From IMG/VR virus record IMGVR_UViG_3300023082_000009, positions 1 to 64,000 of that record: a DNA stretch of 64,000 nucleotides; one strand, written 5' to 3'. Positions 1 to 8,155 of this stretch are shown here, piece after piece (within the stretch, counting starts at the first letter, position 1; every line of letters starts with the position of its first letter). Position numbers and translations under genes: made by a program. The notes under the pieces were generated by a model. It was not told the DNA's origin. It ran no database searches and worked only from the letters and a program-made list of their open reading frames with translations. Origin of the DNA: a virus.

Positions 1-453
1 AACTCCCAGGTGGCCGTCGCGCTGGCTGAGTCCCAGGTCTTTGGCCCGGACCGCAGCGAGATCGACGAGATCCTGAACAAGATGCTCGTGTCCCATGTGC
101 GCGGCCTGCACATGACCTCGATCAAGCTGGTGAGCCGCGTGCCTGCCATCACCTCCCCAGAGACCACCATCAAGGCACTGACTGCCCTGAACGTGATGGG
201 CGGTGTGACTCCACGGACTGCCATCGTATCGGCCAACACCTTCCTGCAAGCAGAGCTGCCTGAGTATCCGAAGAAGGGCGAGGCTGGCTACGAAGCCTGG
301 ATGGATACCCCGATCACCATCACCCTGCGCTCCGCCGCGAAGACGCAGGCCGAGCAATCCGCCAAGGATCAAGCTGCCAAGGATCTGGAAGCGGACGGCG
401 ACATCGGCCTACAGGTGCCTGAGCACGGCAAGGAAGGGGAGGCGCTGCCATGA
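1..453 (+). CDS. Portal protein, C-terminal part (5' end outside window)
   Basis: Frame open from position 1; directly upstream of the prohead protease; AESQVFGPDR resembles a portal C-terminal motif. Confidence 0.7.
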   Translation, partial: NSQVAVALAESQVFGPDRSEIDEILNKMLVSHVRGLHMTSIKLVSRVPAITSPETTIKALTALNVMGGVTPRTAIVSANTFLQAELPEYPKKGEAGYEAWMDTPITITLRSAAKTQAEQSAKDQAAKDLEADGDIGLQVPEHGKEGEALP

Positions 454-1079
454 GCAATATGATGGAATGCCGCATCGTGCAGCGCAGCGGGGAGGACTTT
501 GAGCGTGTGGTCCTCGCCGAGCTGCTGGTGCCCAACGTGCCCAACTCCTGGGGCGATATTTACACCCCCGAGGCCGTCAAGGAGTTCTGCTACGCGTTCA
601 GCCAGCAGGGCTTCGGCCTGGACGTAGAGCACGACCAAGTGAACGTGGCCGGGGTGGAGTTCTTCGTAGTCGAGAGCTTCATCGCCCGCGCAGGTGACCC
701 GGACTTCATCGAAGGCTCCTGGGTGATCGGGGTGAAGATCCTGGACGACGACCTCTGGGCCAGGGTGCTCTCCGGGGACATCAACGGCTTCTCCTTCCAG
801 GCCGATGTGTTCATGACTCCGGTGGAAATTGTCTACGAGCAAGCCACCCGCGTGGTCATTGGCACCACCGAGCCAGACCCCTTCGATGGGCACACTCACA
901 CATACACTGTAGTAATCGGACCTTTGAATAAGGTAATCTCTGGCGGGACAGGGATCACGGACAACCACATGCACTCGATTACGGGCGCCTCGGTTACCGG
1001 ACTCGGCAATGGCCATACCCACCGCTATCAAGTAATCGACGAGGGTGCAGACAATGACTTCCAAACGAATCCAGCGTAG
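450..1079 (+). CDS. Prohead maturation protease, XkdF-like serine protease with His-rich C-terminus
   Basis: Motifs GDIYTPEAVKE, DVEH, VVESFIAR, GSWVIGVKI, GDINGFS; position between portal and scaffold. Confidence 0.85.
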   Translation: MSNMMECRIVQRSGEDFERVVLAELLVPNVPNSWGDIYTPEAVKEFCYAFSQQGFGLDVEHDQVNVAGVEFFVVESFIARAGDPDFIEGSWVIGVKILDDDLWARVLSGDINGFSFQADVFMTPVEIVYEQATRVVIGTTEPDPFDGHTHTYTVVIGPLNKVISGGTGITDNHMHSITGASVTGLGNGHTHRYQVIDEGADNDFQTNPA

Positions 1080-2502
1080 TGCAAGCGCCGAAGGCAACCT
1101 CGTCACCGTAGACAAGGCCCAATTCGTAACGCTTGTGAAGAAGCCCGCTAACCAGCGCAGCTTTGGAATTCTTCGATCCGACAGAGAGGACGGCAACGTG
1201 AGCAAACCAGTAGCAGCAACCCGGCGCGTCTCGCGCACCAAGCGCAGCGATAGCAACCAGGATCTGGTTAGCCTCACGCTGCCCGGCACCCTGGACGAAG
1301 CTGCGGCCAAGGACGCCCTGGTCTCCTACGGCCTGAGCAACTTCACCGTGGCCCGCAGTGCTGACGACAGCGCCTGGGTGGCCTCCAACCCGAGTGCAAT
1401 CAATTGCACCGCAGAGCTGACCAGCGTGAACCTCGGCGAAGGTCTGGTTGCCCAGGTCAAGCGCACCGAAGCCACCGCCTCGACCGAGGGTAAGGGCCAG
1501 TTGACGGTCACTTCTCTCGAATTCTCGGGCGAAGCCTTTGCCGACGCGGGTGCCGTGAGCGAATGGTGCCAGCGAAATTCTGTTGACTTCGACGATAAAG
1601 CTCTTAACAATCCGTCTGGCAATCTTGTGTTGCAACGGGCGGAGATCCCGGAGGGTGAGGAAACTCGCCTGATGGAGCTGGAAGATGGCGTGACTGCAAC
1701 GATCATTCGTTCGCAGATCGGCGACATCCCTGACGGCTTCGTCGCGGTGATCAACGAGTATGCGTACTGCGGTTGGGGCTGGGGTCAGTTGGACTTCACC
1801 GCAGCTCTGATGGGTCGGCAGGTAACGGATGCACTGTACGACGGGATCTGGATTCTCGAAGATCTCCTCCGCAACATCCTGTTCTGGTCCGAGCTGACCG
1901 TGGACATCCGCATGGAGCTGACGACTCGGGCTTGCGCCCAGTTCGCCAACTACGCAAACGGGCTGCTCGACAGCCTCCCACGCCAACTTCTGATTTCCGT
2001 TGCAACAACTCAACGCAGTTCTAAGGAGAACGACATGAGCACCACGAAGCAACCCGCAGTAGAAGCCCAACGTACCGAACCAGCCGTGGCTCCTGCCGTG
2101 GTCGCTGTCGGTAGCCCTGAGTTCAACACCGCAGTGGCCGACGCTGTAGCCGCTGAGATCAAACGCCGCGAAGACGCCCAGGCTGAACAAGAAGCCGAAG
2201 AAGTCAAGCGCAAAGAACAGGAAGAGCTGGACAAGGCTTCCCTGGAAGAGCAAGCGAAGATTCGCCGCTCGGAGCTGGAAGAAGTTGTCGGCGCGGCCAC
2301 CAAGCCACTGCTGGAGCAGATCGAAGCACTGAAAGGCACCACCGTCGTGCGTAGCCAGGGCGGCGATCCAGAAGCCAACAAAGAAAACGTTAAGCGCGGT
2401 ACCGGCGACCTGTTCAAAGGCGTGTTCGGTATCACCCGTGCAGACCGCCGTGTCGACGCAGCCGCTGCTGCCGACGCTGACGAAGCTGCCGCAACCAAGT
2501 AA
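1054..2502 (+). CDS. Head scaffolding/maturation protein
   Basis: Lies between protease and capsid; FVTLVKKPAN motif; coiled-coil Ala/Glu-rich C-terminus; likely ATG at 1054. Confidence 0.65.
   Translation: MTSKRIQRSASAEGNLVTVDKAQFVTLVKKPANQRSFGILRSDREDGNVSKPVAATRRVSRTKRSDSNQDLVSLTLPGTLDEAAAKDALVSYGLSNFTVARSADDSAWVASNPSAINCTAELTSVNLGEGLVAQVKRTEATASTEGKGQLTVTSLEFSGEAFADAGAVSEWCQRNSVDFDDKALNNPSGNLVLQRAEIPEGEETRLMELEDGVTATIIRSQIGDIPDGFVAVINEYAYCGWGWGQLDFTAALMGRQVTDALYDGIWILEDLLRNILFWSELTVDIRMELTTRACAQFANYANGLLDSLPRQLLISVATTQRSSKENDMSTTKQPAVEAQRTEPAVAPAVVAVGSPEFNTAVADAVAAEIKRREDAQAEQEAEEVKRKEQEELDKASLEEQAKIRRSELEEVVGAATKPLLEQIEALKGTTVVRSQGGDPEANKENVKRGTGDLFKGVFGITRADRRVDAAAAADADEAAATK
1394..1409. 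repeat. Dispersed palindrome copy (in scaffold CDS)
   Basis: GTGCAATCAATTGCAC. Confidence 0.9.
2035..2502 (+). CDS. Probable in-frame internal-start scaffold product
   Basis: AAGGAGAACGACATG at 2023-2037 is identical to the RBS-start sequence of separate genes at 21819 and 61975. Confidence 0.5.
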   Translation: MSTTKQPAVEAQRTEPAVAPAVVAVGSPEFNTAVADAVAAEIKRREDAQAEQEAEEVKRKEQEELDKASLEEQAKIRRSELEEVVGAATKPLLEQIEALKGTTVVRSQGGDPEANKENVKRGTGDLFKGVFGITRADRRVDAAAAADADEAAATK

Positions 2503-2567
2503 CCAATCGGCGCGAGCCACACCGTTACGTTTCACCACTTTATGTCTAAGGACTTAGGAGCAAGAAC

Positions 2568-3593
2568 ATGAGCACCTCCCCAAGTGAAATGATCACTCGC
2601 GCTGACTTGGCCCTTGCGGATCTCGCCAACAACGGCGGTATCCTGCAACCCGAGCAGGCGAACCAGTTCATCGACTTCATCTACAACGAACCGACCATCC
2701 TGCGTCAGGCCCGTTTCATTCGCATGAACGCGCCACAACGCAACATCAACCGCATGGGCTTCGGCTCCCGCATCCTGCGTGCCGCTCGCCAAACTGGCTC
2801 GGCCCTGGACGCTGGTGGTAACGACCGCTACGTTCGCGCTGCGGACCGTGCCAAGCCGCAAGCAACTCAGATCCAGCTGAACACTTCCGAAGTGATCGCC
2901 GAAGTGCGCCTGCCGTACGAAGTGCTGGAAGACAACATCGAAGGCGAGAGCTTCGAGGCTCACGTCCTGCGCGCCATCGCTACCAAGGTTGCAGAAGACC
3001 TGGAAGAGCTGGCTCTCTGGGGCGACACCACCTCGGGCGACCCGTACCTCGCTCTGCAAGATGGCTGGATGAAGCGTGCCAACCTGCACGTCTTCGACAA
3101 CCTGGACACCGGCTTCAACGCCAACACCATCACCTCCGGCCTGCTGATGATGCCTTCCAAGTATCTCCGCAACATGCCGCAGATGAAGGCGTTCGTTGGC
3201 CTGCGCAACCAGCTCCGCTACGCTCAGTACCTGTCCGCTCGCGGCACGGCAATGGGCGACGCCGCACTCCAAGGCACCATCCCGCTGAAAGCGGCTGGTA
3301 TCACCGTGGAAGGCGCTGGCATGCTGGACGTGCACGGCGACGGCGACCAGGGCCTGATCACCATGCCGCAGAACCTGATCTGGGGTGTGCAGCGTGAGAT
3401 CACCATCGAAACCGACAAGGACATCCGTTCCCGCGAATACATCATCGTTGTGACTGCCCGTGTGGCGCTGCAAGTCGATGACCGTGACGCGCTGGTTCGC
3501 CTGGACAACATCGGTAACGTGGCTGACCCATCGCTGGCGGTGCGTGTGACCAACACCGCAGCTGCGCCGGTCAACACCAAAGAAGTGCCTTAA
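2568..3593 (+). CDS. Major capsid protein (HK97 fold)
   Basis: GGILQPEQANQFID and YEVLEDNIEG motifs; strong RBS; biased codon use; followed by a terminator. Confidence 0.9.
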   Translation: MSTSPSEMITRADLALADLANNGGILQPEQANQFIDFIYNEPTILRQARFIRMNAPQRNINRMGFGSRILRAARQTGSALDAGGNDRYVRAADRAKPQATQIQLNTSEVIAEVRLPYEVLEDNIEGESFEAHVLRAIATKVAEDLEELALWGDTTSGDPYLALQDGWMKRANLHVFDNLDTGFNANTITSGLLMMPSKYLRNMPQMKAFVGLRNQLRYAQYLSARGTAMGDAALQGTIPLKAAGITVEGAGMLDVHGDGDQGLITMPQNLIWGVQREITIETDKDIRSREYIIVVTARVALQVDDRDALVRLDNIGNVADPSLAVRVTNTAAAPVNTKEVP

Positions 3594-3606
3594 TCCGCAC
3601 TGAACG

Positions 3607-3632
3607 AAAAGGGGCGCTTCGGCGCCCTTTTT
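3607..3632 (+). terminator. Rho-independent terminator after capsid gene
   Basis: AAAAGGGGCGC-TTCG-GCGCCCTTTTT. Confidence 0.85.
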
Positions 3633-3665
3633 CACTAGAGAGATGGCAAACCCTGGAGATCTACC

Positions 3666-4364
3666 ATGAGCACTTATGTAAAATCCGTTTACCTCGCACG
3701 CGTCGGCCTTGCAGGCATCGACAAACCAGTCGAGAAAAACCAGATCATCGAAGTGGCCGATGACGTGGCTGAAAAGCTGCTGACTCGCACCGCGTGGAGC
3801 GAAGACCTGGGCAAGGAAGTCAACGTCTGGGAAAAGTCCACCGCTGCGGCCTACAAGGCACAGCAGGAAAAAGCGGCCAAGGATAAAGCTGCTGAGCAGT
3901 CCTCGCAGTACGCTGCGCAGGAAGAAGGCAACGACGACCTCGCGCCGAAGCCGATCCCCCTGCAACAGGTCAAGAACACCAACGACACTCACGAAGATCA
4001 GAACGATCCGGCTGATGGCAAGGACGCTGCCCGCAAGGCGCAGCCAGTCGTTGAACCAACTGAGCCCAACGCTGACGCGAAAGGCAAAGTCGTCACCACC
4101 GAAAGCCCTCCAGCTATCGAAGGTGCCGAGCACGAGTTGGACGAGAACCACGGTGACCTGACCAGCGCGGACCTGAACACCAACAAGTCCGAAACCGAAC
4201 CAGCCAAGCCTGCTGCTAAGGCCGCTGCCAAACCAGCCGTGAAGGTGAAGTCTGCCGACACCAGCACCCGCGCCGTGGCCAAGCCTCAGCGTGCTGCCAA
4301 GCCTGCTGTGAAGGCTGCCGTCAAACCAGCTGCTAAACCGGCTGCGAAGAAACCTGCTAAGTAA
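3666..4364 (+). CDS. Hypothetical head-module protein with Lys/Pro/Ala-repeat (KPAA) tail
   Basis: GGAG RBS; C-terminal KPAAK repeats. Confidence 0.7.
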   Translation: MSTYVKSVYLARVGLAGIDKPVEKNQIIEVADDVAEKLLTRTAWSEDLGKEVNVWEKSTAAAYKAQQEKAAKDKAAEQSSQYAAQEEGNDDLAPKPIPLQQVKNTNDTHEDQNDPADGKDAARKAQPVVEPTEPNADAKGKVVTTESPPAIEGAEHELDENHGDLTSADLNTNKSETEPAKPAAKAAAKPAVKVKSADTSTRAVAKPQRAAKPAVKAAVKPAAKPAAKKPAK

Positions 4365-4388
4365 ACCAACTGAACTCTGGGAGGCACT

Positions 4389-5030
4389 ATGTACATTTTG
4401 ACCGCAACCGAGATCGCCGAAGGTAGTGGCGGTATTCAAGGCGCCAACGGCACCCCGTGCGGGACGCCTCCCCAGAGTCAGTTCAATTCCCTCCAAGACG
4501 TGATCCGCAGTCGCGTCGAGGCAGCCCTGGAGATCGGTAGCCTTCGTCGCTACGAGTGCCAGGACACATTCGAGGTTTCTGGGCGCTACAGCGAGATGCG
4601 GCGCCTACGCCTCACCAACGGCTTCGTGCAATCTGTGTCCTTCCTGGACGCGGCTGGCGAGCCGTTAATCGACACACCAGCAACGCACTTCGACGGCTAC
4701 TACGGGATCGTGACTCATCCTTTGTCGGCGGGCGTTGTAACAGTCCAGTACGTGAGCGGGTTCCTGGCCGACTCTTCCAAGGTCTTCCAAGACCTGCCGG
4801 ACTGGGTGAAACCAATTGCACTGAACGTGATGTTCCTCTGGCTGCGCTCGATGAACCGGGGCGCCGCGATCAAGGACATCTCCCAGGCATCGCTCACTGC
4901 CGGGATGATCCGGGAGCTGACTGCACGCGTAGGCAACCGCTACCAGCGCCCTCGGGTGGGCTGCATTTTCCCTACCACGCATAAGCACCGGCTGATCTCC
5001 GACCCAGTATCGGAGTGGAAGCAATGGTAA
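4389..5030 (+). CDS. Head-tail adaptor/connector protein
   Basis: Position after capsid; V-x-Y-x-x-G-F...LPDWVK pattern typical of adaptors. Confidence 0.6.
   Translation: MYILTATEIAEGSGGIQGANGTPCGTPPQSQFNSLQDVIRSRVEAALEIGSLRRYECQDTFEVSGRYSEMRRLRLTNGFVQSVSFLDAAGEPLIDTPATHFDGYYGIVTHPLSAGVVTVQYVSGFLADSSKVFQDLPDWVKPIALNVMFLWLRSMNRGAAIKDISQASLTAGMIRELTARVGNRYQRPRVGCIFPTTHKHRLISDPVSEWKQW
4806..4821. repeat. Dispersed palindrome, degenerate copy (in adaptor CDS)
   Basis: GTGAAACCAATTGCAC, 2 mismatches. Confidence 0.5.
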
Positions 5031-5512
5031 CGGACACTCGCTTCGTCAGAGGGGCAGAGAAGCTGGGGCGCCGGGTCGCTACGATCCGCGCTAACCTCAA
5101 CCTCCCCAGCATGGTCGATGAGATCGGCAACCTGCTCTTGCAACGAACCCTTCGCCGCTTTGACCAGGAGGTAGACCCAGACGGTAATCGTTGGGCAGCC
5201 CTCAAAGAATCCACCATCCTCCGCCGTCGCCAAATGGGCTTAGGCCCGTCCCCGAAGCTGGTACGCACCAGGGACATGCGCGACGCCATCAAGTTGATCA
5301 AGGGTGGCATTCAAGGCGCCATCTTCACTAACACGGGTGCCGGTGTGCGCATCGGTATTGACGACGAAGAGATCGCCAAGTACGGTCGGGCTCAGAACTA
5401 CGGAGTGCCGGGGCGGATTGTCGCTCGTCGCTTCCTGGGCATTGGCAGACTGGACGTTAAGGCAGTCGACTCGTTACTACGCCGCAAGGCATCTCAGCTG
5501 GGGCTTGAATAA
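5024..5512 (+). CDS. Virion morphogenesis / tail completion protein (Phage_tail_S-like)
   Basis: RRFDQEVDPDGNRWAALKESTI and ARRFLGI motifs; start could be 5015. Confidence 0.8.
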   Translation: MVTDTRFVRGAEKLGRRVATIRANLNLPSMVDEIGNLLLQRTLRRFDQEVDPDGNRWAALKESTILRRRQMGLGPSPKLVRTRDMRDAIKLIKGGIQGAIFTNTGAGVRIGIDDEEIAKYGRAQNYGVPGRIVARRFLGIGRLDVKAVDSLLRRKASQLGLE

Positions 5513-6036
5513 TGGCTACCGTATTGAACAAGCGCAGAGACATGCTCGCCGTCCTGGAACAGGATCTGATCCAGAAGATCTCGGCAGCAGTGGGCGCAGC
5601 AGGAATGCAAGGGCACGTACACGGCGTATTCAGCCTGGACGACCTGGAGAACAAAACAGACGCGTCGCTCTGCGGCGGGATCGCTTTCGGGGTGGGGTAC
5701 TTGGGCACCAAGCCTTCGTCCGAAGGGGCACCGCAGCTGAACGTGAACAAGGGCAATGCGGTGCAGAGTTGCGACGTGATGTTTACCGTCCTGGTGGCTG
5801 CACCCATCGACGATCTTTGTACTCAGCGGGTAACGGGTATGCAGCTGCTGACGGTTCTCCGTCAAGGCATCCTGGGCTCGCCCGTAGTAGAGGAGCCGGG
5901 CACGGAGCCGGGCCGGAACCAAGCAACCCGCACCTGGGTTTTCGTTAACGAGAAACCAGAAGTAGGTGAGTCCACCGCAACCATGTTGTACTATACGCAG
6001 GTCTGGAGACTTGTGTTACCAATGACCGGCAACTAA
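5512..6036 (+). CDS. Tail terminator-like neck protein
   Basis: Position immediately before the tail tube gene; size 174 aa. Confidence 0.55.
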   Translation: MATVLNKRRDMLAVLEQDLIQKISAAVGAAGMQGHVHGVFSLDDLENKTDASLCGGIAFGVGYLGTKPSSEGAPQLNVNKGNAVQSCDVMFTVLVAAPIDDLCTQRVTGMQLLTVLRQGILGSPVVEEPGTEPGRNQATRTWVFVNEKPEVGESTATMLYYTQVWRLVLPMTGN

Positions 6037-6062
6037 AAGCACTTTTCAGGAGAGACAGCATC

Positions 6063-6860
6063 ATGGCTACCGAACGTAAAACACCGCAGTCGCATTACTT
6101 CTCGGGCCAAGGTCGCCTGATCATTGGCGAACGCGACCCAGCAACCGGCAAGGCGTTCAACCTGCGCGAAGTGGGTAACTGCACCGCGCTGGAACTGACC
6201 GTGCAAACCACCAAGACCGACCACAAAGAGTCCATGTCTGGCGAACGCGCAATTGACCTGACGCTCGTGACTGAAAAGTCCGCGACCTTCACCGTCACCT
6301 GCGAATCCATCAGCCTGGAAAACTTGGTGATCGGCCTCTGGGGTAAAATCCTCACCAGCACCGCGACCACCGTCACCGACGAGCCGCACGTTGCCGAAGG
6401 TCCGGGCGCCTACATTGCCCTGGCCCACCAGAACGTGTCGACCGTTGTGGTCTCGACCGTTGAAACCACTCCGGTGGTCGTCGACGCCGACTGGTACGAA
6501 GTTGACCCTGAGTTCGGCACCCTCCGCTTCAACGACTTGTACGTTGCTGCCGGTACTGGCGCTGACAAAGGCAAAATCACCGTCGACTACGCTGGCGCTG
6601 CCGGTGTGAAGACGATCCACGGCCTGACCGAAGTTATGCCTCCAGAGCGTTTCGTGCGCTTCGAGGGCATCAACACCGTCGATGGCGATCTGGTCCTGGT
6701 CGAGTTCCCACGCGCCTCGTTCGAGCCGCTGGCATCTCTGCCATTCATCAACGAGGAACTGGCGTCGTTCGAGATGACCGGCACCATCCTCCGCGACAAC
6801 CTGATCACCGGCGATGGCTCGCGCTACTTCCGCCAGACCTACATCGAATCCCAGGCATAA
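6063..6860 (+). CDS. Major tail tube protein
   Basis: YFSGQGRLIIG and VGNCTALEL motifs; strong RBS; followed by a terminator and the chaperone gene. Confidence 0.85.
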   Translation: MATERKTPQSHYFSGQGRLIIGERDPATGKAFNLREVGNCTALELTVQTTKTDHKESMSGERAIDLTLVTEKSATFTVTCESISLENLVIGLWGKILTSTATTVTDEPHVAEGPGAYIALAHQNVSTVVVSTVETTPVVVDADWYEVDPEFGTLRFNDLYVAAGTGADKGKITVDYAGAAGVKTIHGLTEVMPPERFVRFEGINTVDGDLVLVEFPRASFEPLASLPFINEELASFEMTGTILRDNLITGDGSRYFRQTYIESQA

Positions 6861-6876
6861 TCGCCCAGGGTGTGAC

Positions 6877-6907
6877 AAGAAGGGGCCGCACTGGCTCCTT
6901 CTTTTTT
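6877..6907 (+). terminator. Rho-independent terminator
   Basis: AAGAAGGGGCC-GCACT-GGCTCCTTCTT-TTTT. Confidence 0.75.
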
Positions 6908-6920
6908 GGAGGATAGGATC

Positions 6921-6936
6921 ATGCAATCAATTGCAC
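6921..6936. repeat. Dispersed palindrome copy (on a start codon)
   Basis: ATGCAATCAATTGCAC. Confidence 0.9.
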
Positions 6937-7235
6937 CGGACCAAGTTTTCATCGAAGTAACCGGCAACGGCGTAGAGATCGGTGGTAAGGCCCGCGAGAA
7001 GGGCTGGACCGGGTGGGTCAACAAGTCGTCGGCCCGCAAACTGATCGCTCACGAGAAGGCCAAGCCCGCCACTCCGAAAGCCAAGGAGCCCGCAAAGGCT
7101 AAGGCCGCAGCGGAGCCCGTTGAAGAGCAGCCAAAGGTAGTGGATACTGCGTCGGAACCTGACGTTGTGCCCTCGGAGAAAGTTGAGAAGGACACAGCGG
7201 CTACCAAACGTGTATCCCGGAATGGAAGAAAGTAA
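6921..7235 (+). CDS. Hypothetical protein
   Basis: GGAGG/AGGA RBS; start codon overlaps the dispersed palindrome (MQSIA). Confidence 0.65.
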   Translation: MQSIAPDQVFIEVTGNGVEIGGKAREKGWTGWVNKSSARKLIAHEKAKPATPKAKEPAKAKAAAEPVEEQPKVVDTASEPDVVPSEKVEKDTAATKRVSRNGRK

Positions 7236-7237
7236 TC

Positions 7238-7846
7238 ATGACCAAGAAGACCGCCGCACCAGAAGCTGCACCTGAAACCAGCCAAGCTGCCGACACCACG
7301 CTGCACATCCTGCACGCACTGTCGGACCTGTTTGACGGGGCGCCCGAGTCCGTGGCCCTCCCCTCTCGCATTGCCGAGAACAAGGAGGACATCTGTTTCT
7401 ACGGCGCCAAGATGCGGCACCTGAATGAAATCGGCGGTCTGATTCGCGCCATGATTGAAACTCTCAACCAAGCCGAACTCCGTGGCCTCATGGCCATGGT
7501 GTCCAAAGACCAGGAAGACAAGATCAACGCCGGAGTGAGCCCGTACAGCCTGGAGACTACCGAGGTGGTCAAGAAGCTGATGGGCGACACCGGCCTCGGC
7601 GTGAAGCTGCTCGCAGCAGCTAACGATGCGATGACCGGCTTGATCCCTCACTTCACCAACCTGCAACCGGGTGAGTTTGAAGACCTGGACATGGATGAAG
7701 GCCTAGTAGTTCTGTACGGCGTCTTCGCCCGGAACTACGCTTTTTTTTCCCAACGCTTGCTCCCCGTAATAGTCGGCATTTTCGCAAACCTGAAAGCGAA
7801 GCAGAGCGCAGGGAACGAGAAACCGACGAGCGCAAGCGTGCAGTAA
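7238..7846 (+). CDS. Tail assembly chaperone (gpG-like)
   Basis: Between tail tube and tape measure; contains the slippery site. Confidence 0.75.
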   Translation: MTKKTAAPEAAPETSQAADTTLHILHALSDLFDGAPESVALPSRIAENKEDICFYGAKMRHLNEIGGLIRAMIETLNQAELRGLMAMVSKDQEDKINAGVSPYSLETTEVVKKLMGDTGLGVKLLAAANDAMTGLIPHFTNLQPGEFEDLDMDEGLVVLYGVFARNYAFFSQRLLPVIVGIFANLKAKQSAGNEKPTSASVQ

Positions 7847-8145
7847 GCAAGTCAGCGAAACGCAAAGGCAAGGACAAAGGGGAGCCCAAGGGTGCCAAGG
7901 ATATGGGGGCACGCTGGCCAGAGTACGCGGTACAGAAGTTGGTCAACCACGGCCACCTGTTCCGCGAGATCCCCGACTACACACTCTCTCAAGTAACGAT
8001 GCTCCTGGACGCGATTGATCGGGAGGAGGCAGGAGTAAGAAGTGCGTTCCTGATGGACCTGGGTGTAACGGTCTCCGGCGTGCTGGGCGGATCGGATGGG
8101 TTCTCGGACCACCTCGACAAGATGATAGAAAAGCAAACAGACTGA
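7238..8145 (+). CDS. Frameshifted tail assembly chaperone (gpGT-like)
   Basis: Manual translation of the -1 frame shows no stop between 7747 and 8145. Confidence 0.75.
7741..7747 (+). other. Programmed -1 frameshift slippery site (T TTT TTT)
   Basis: T8 run in the X XXY YYZ phase; the -1 frame from 7747 is open and joins ORF 7903-8145 in frame. Confidence 0.8.
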
Positions 8146-8155
8146 GGACAGCGCG

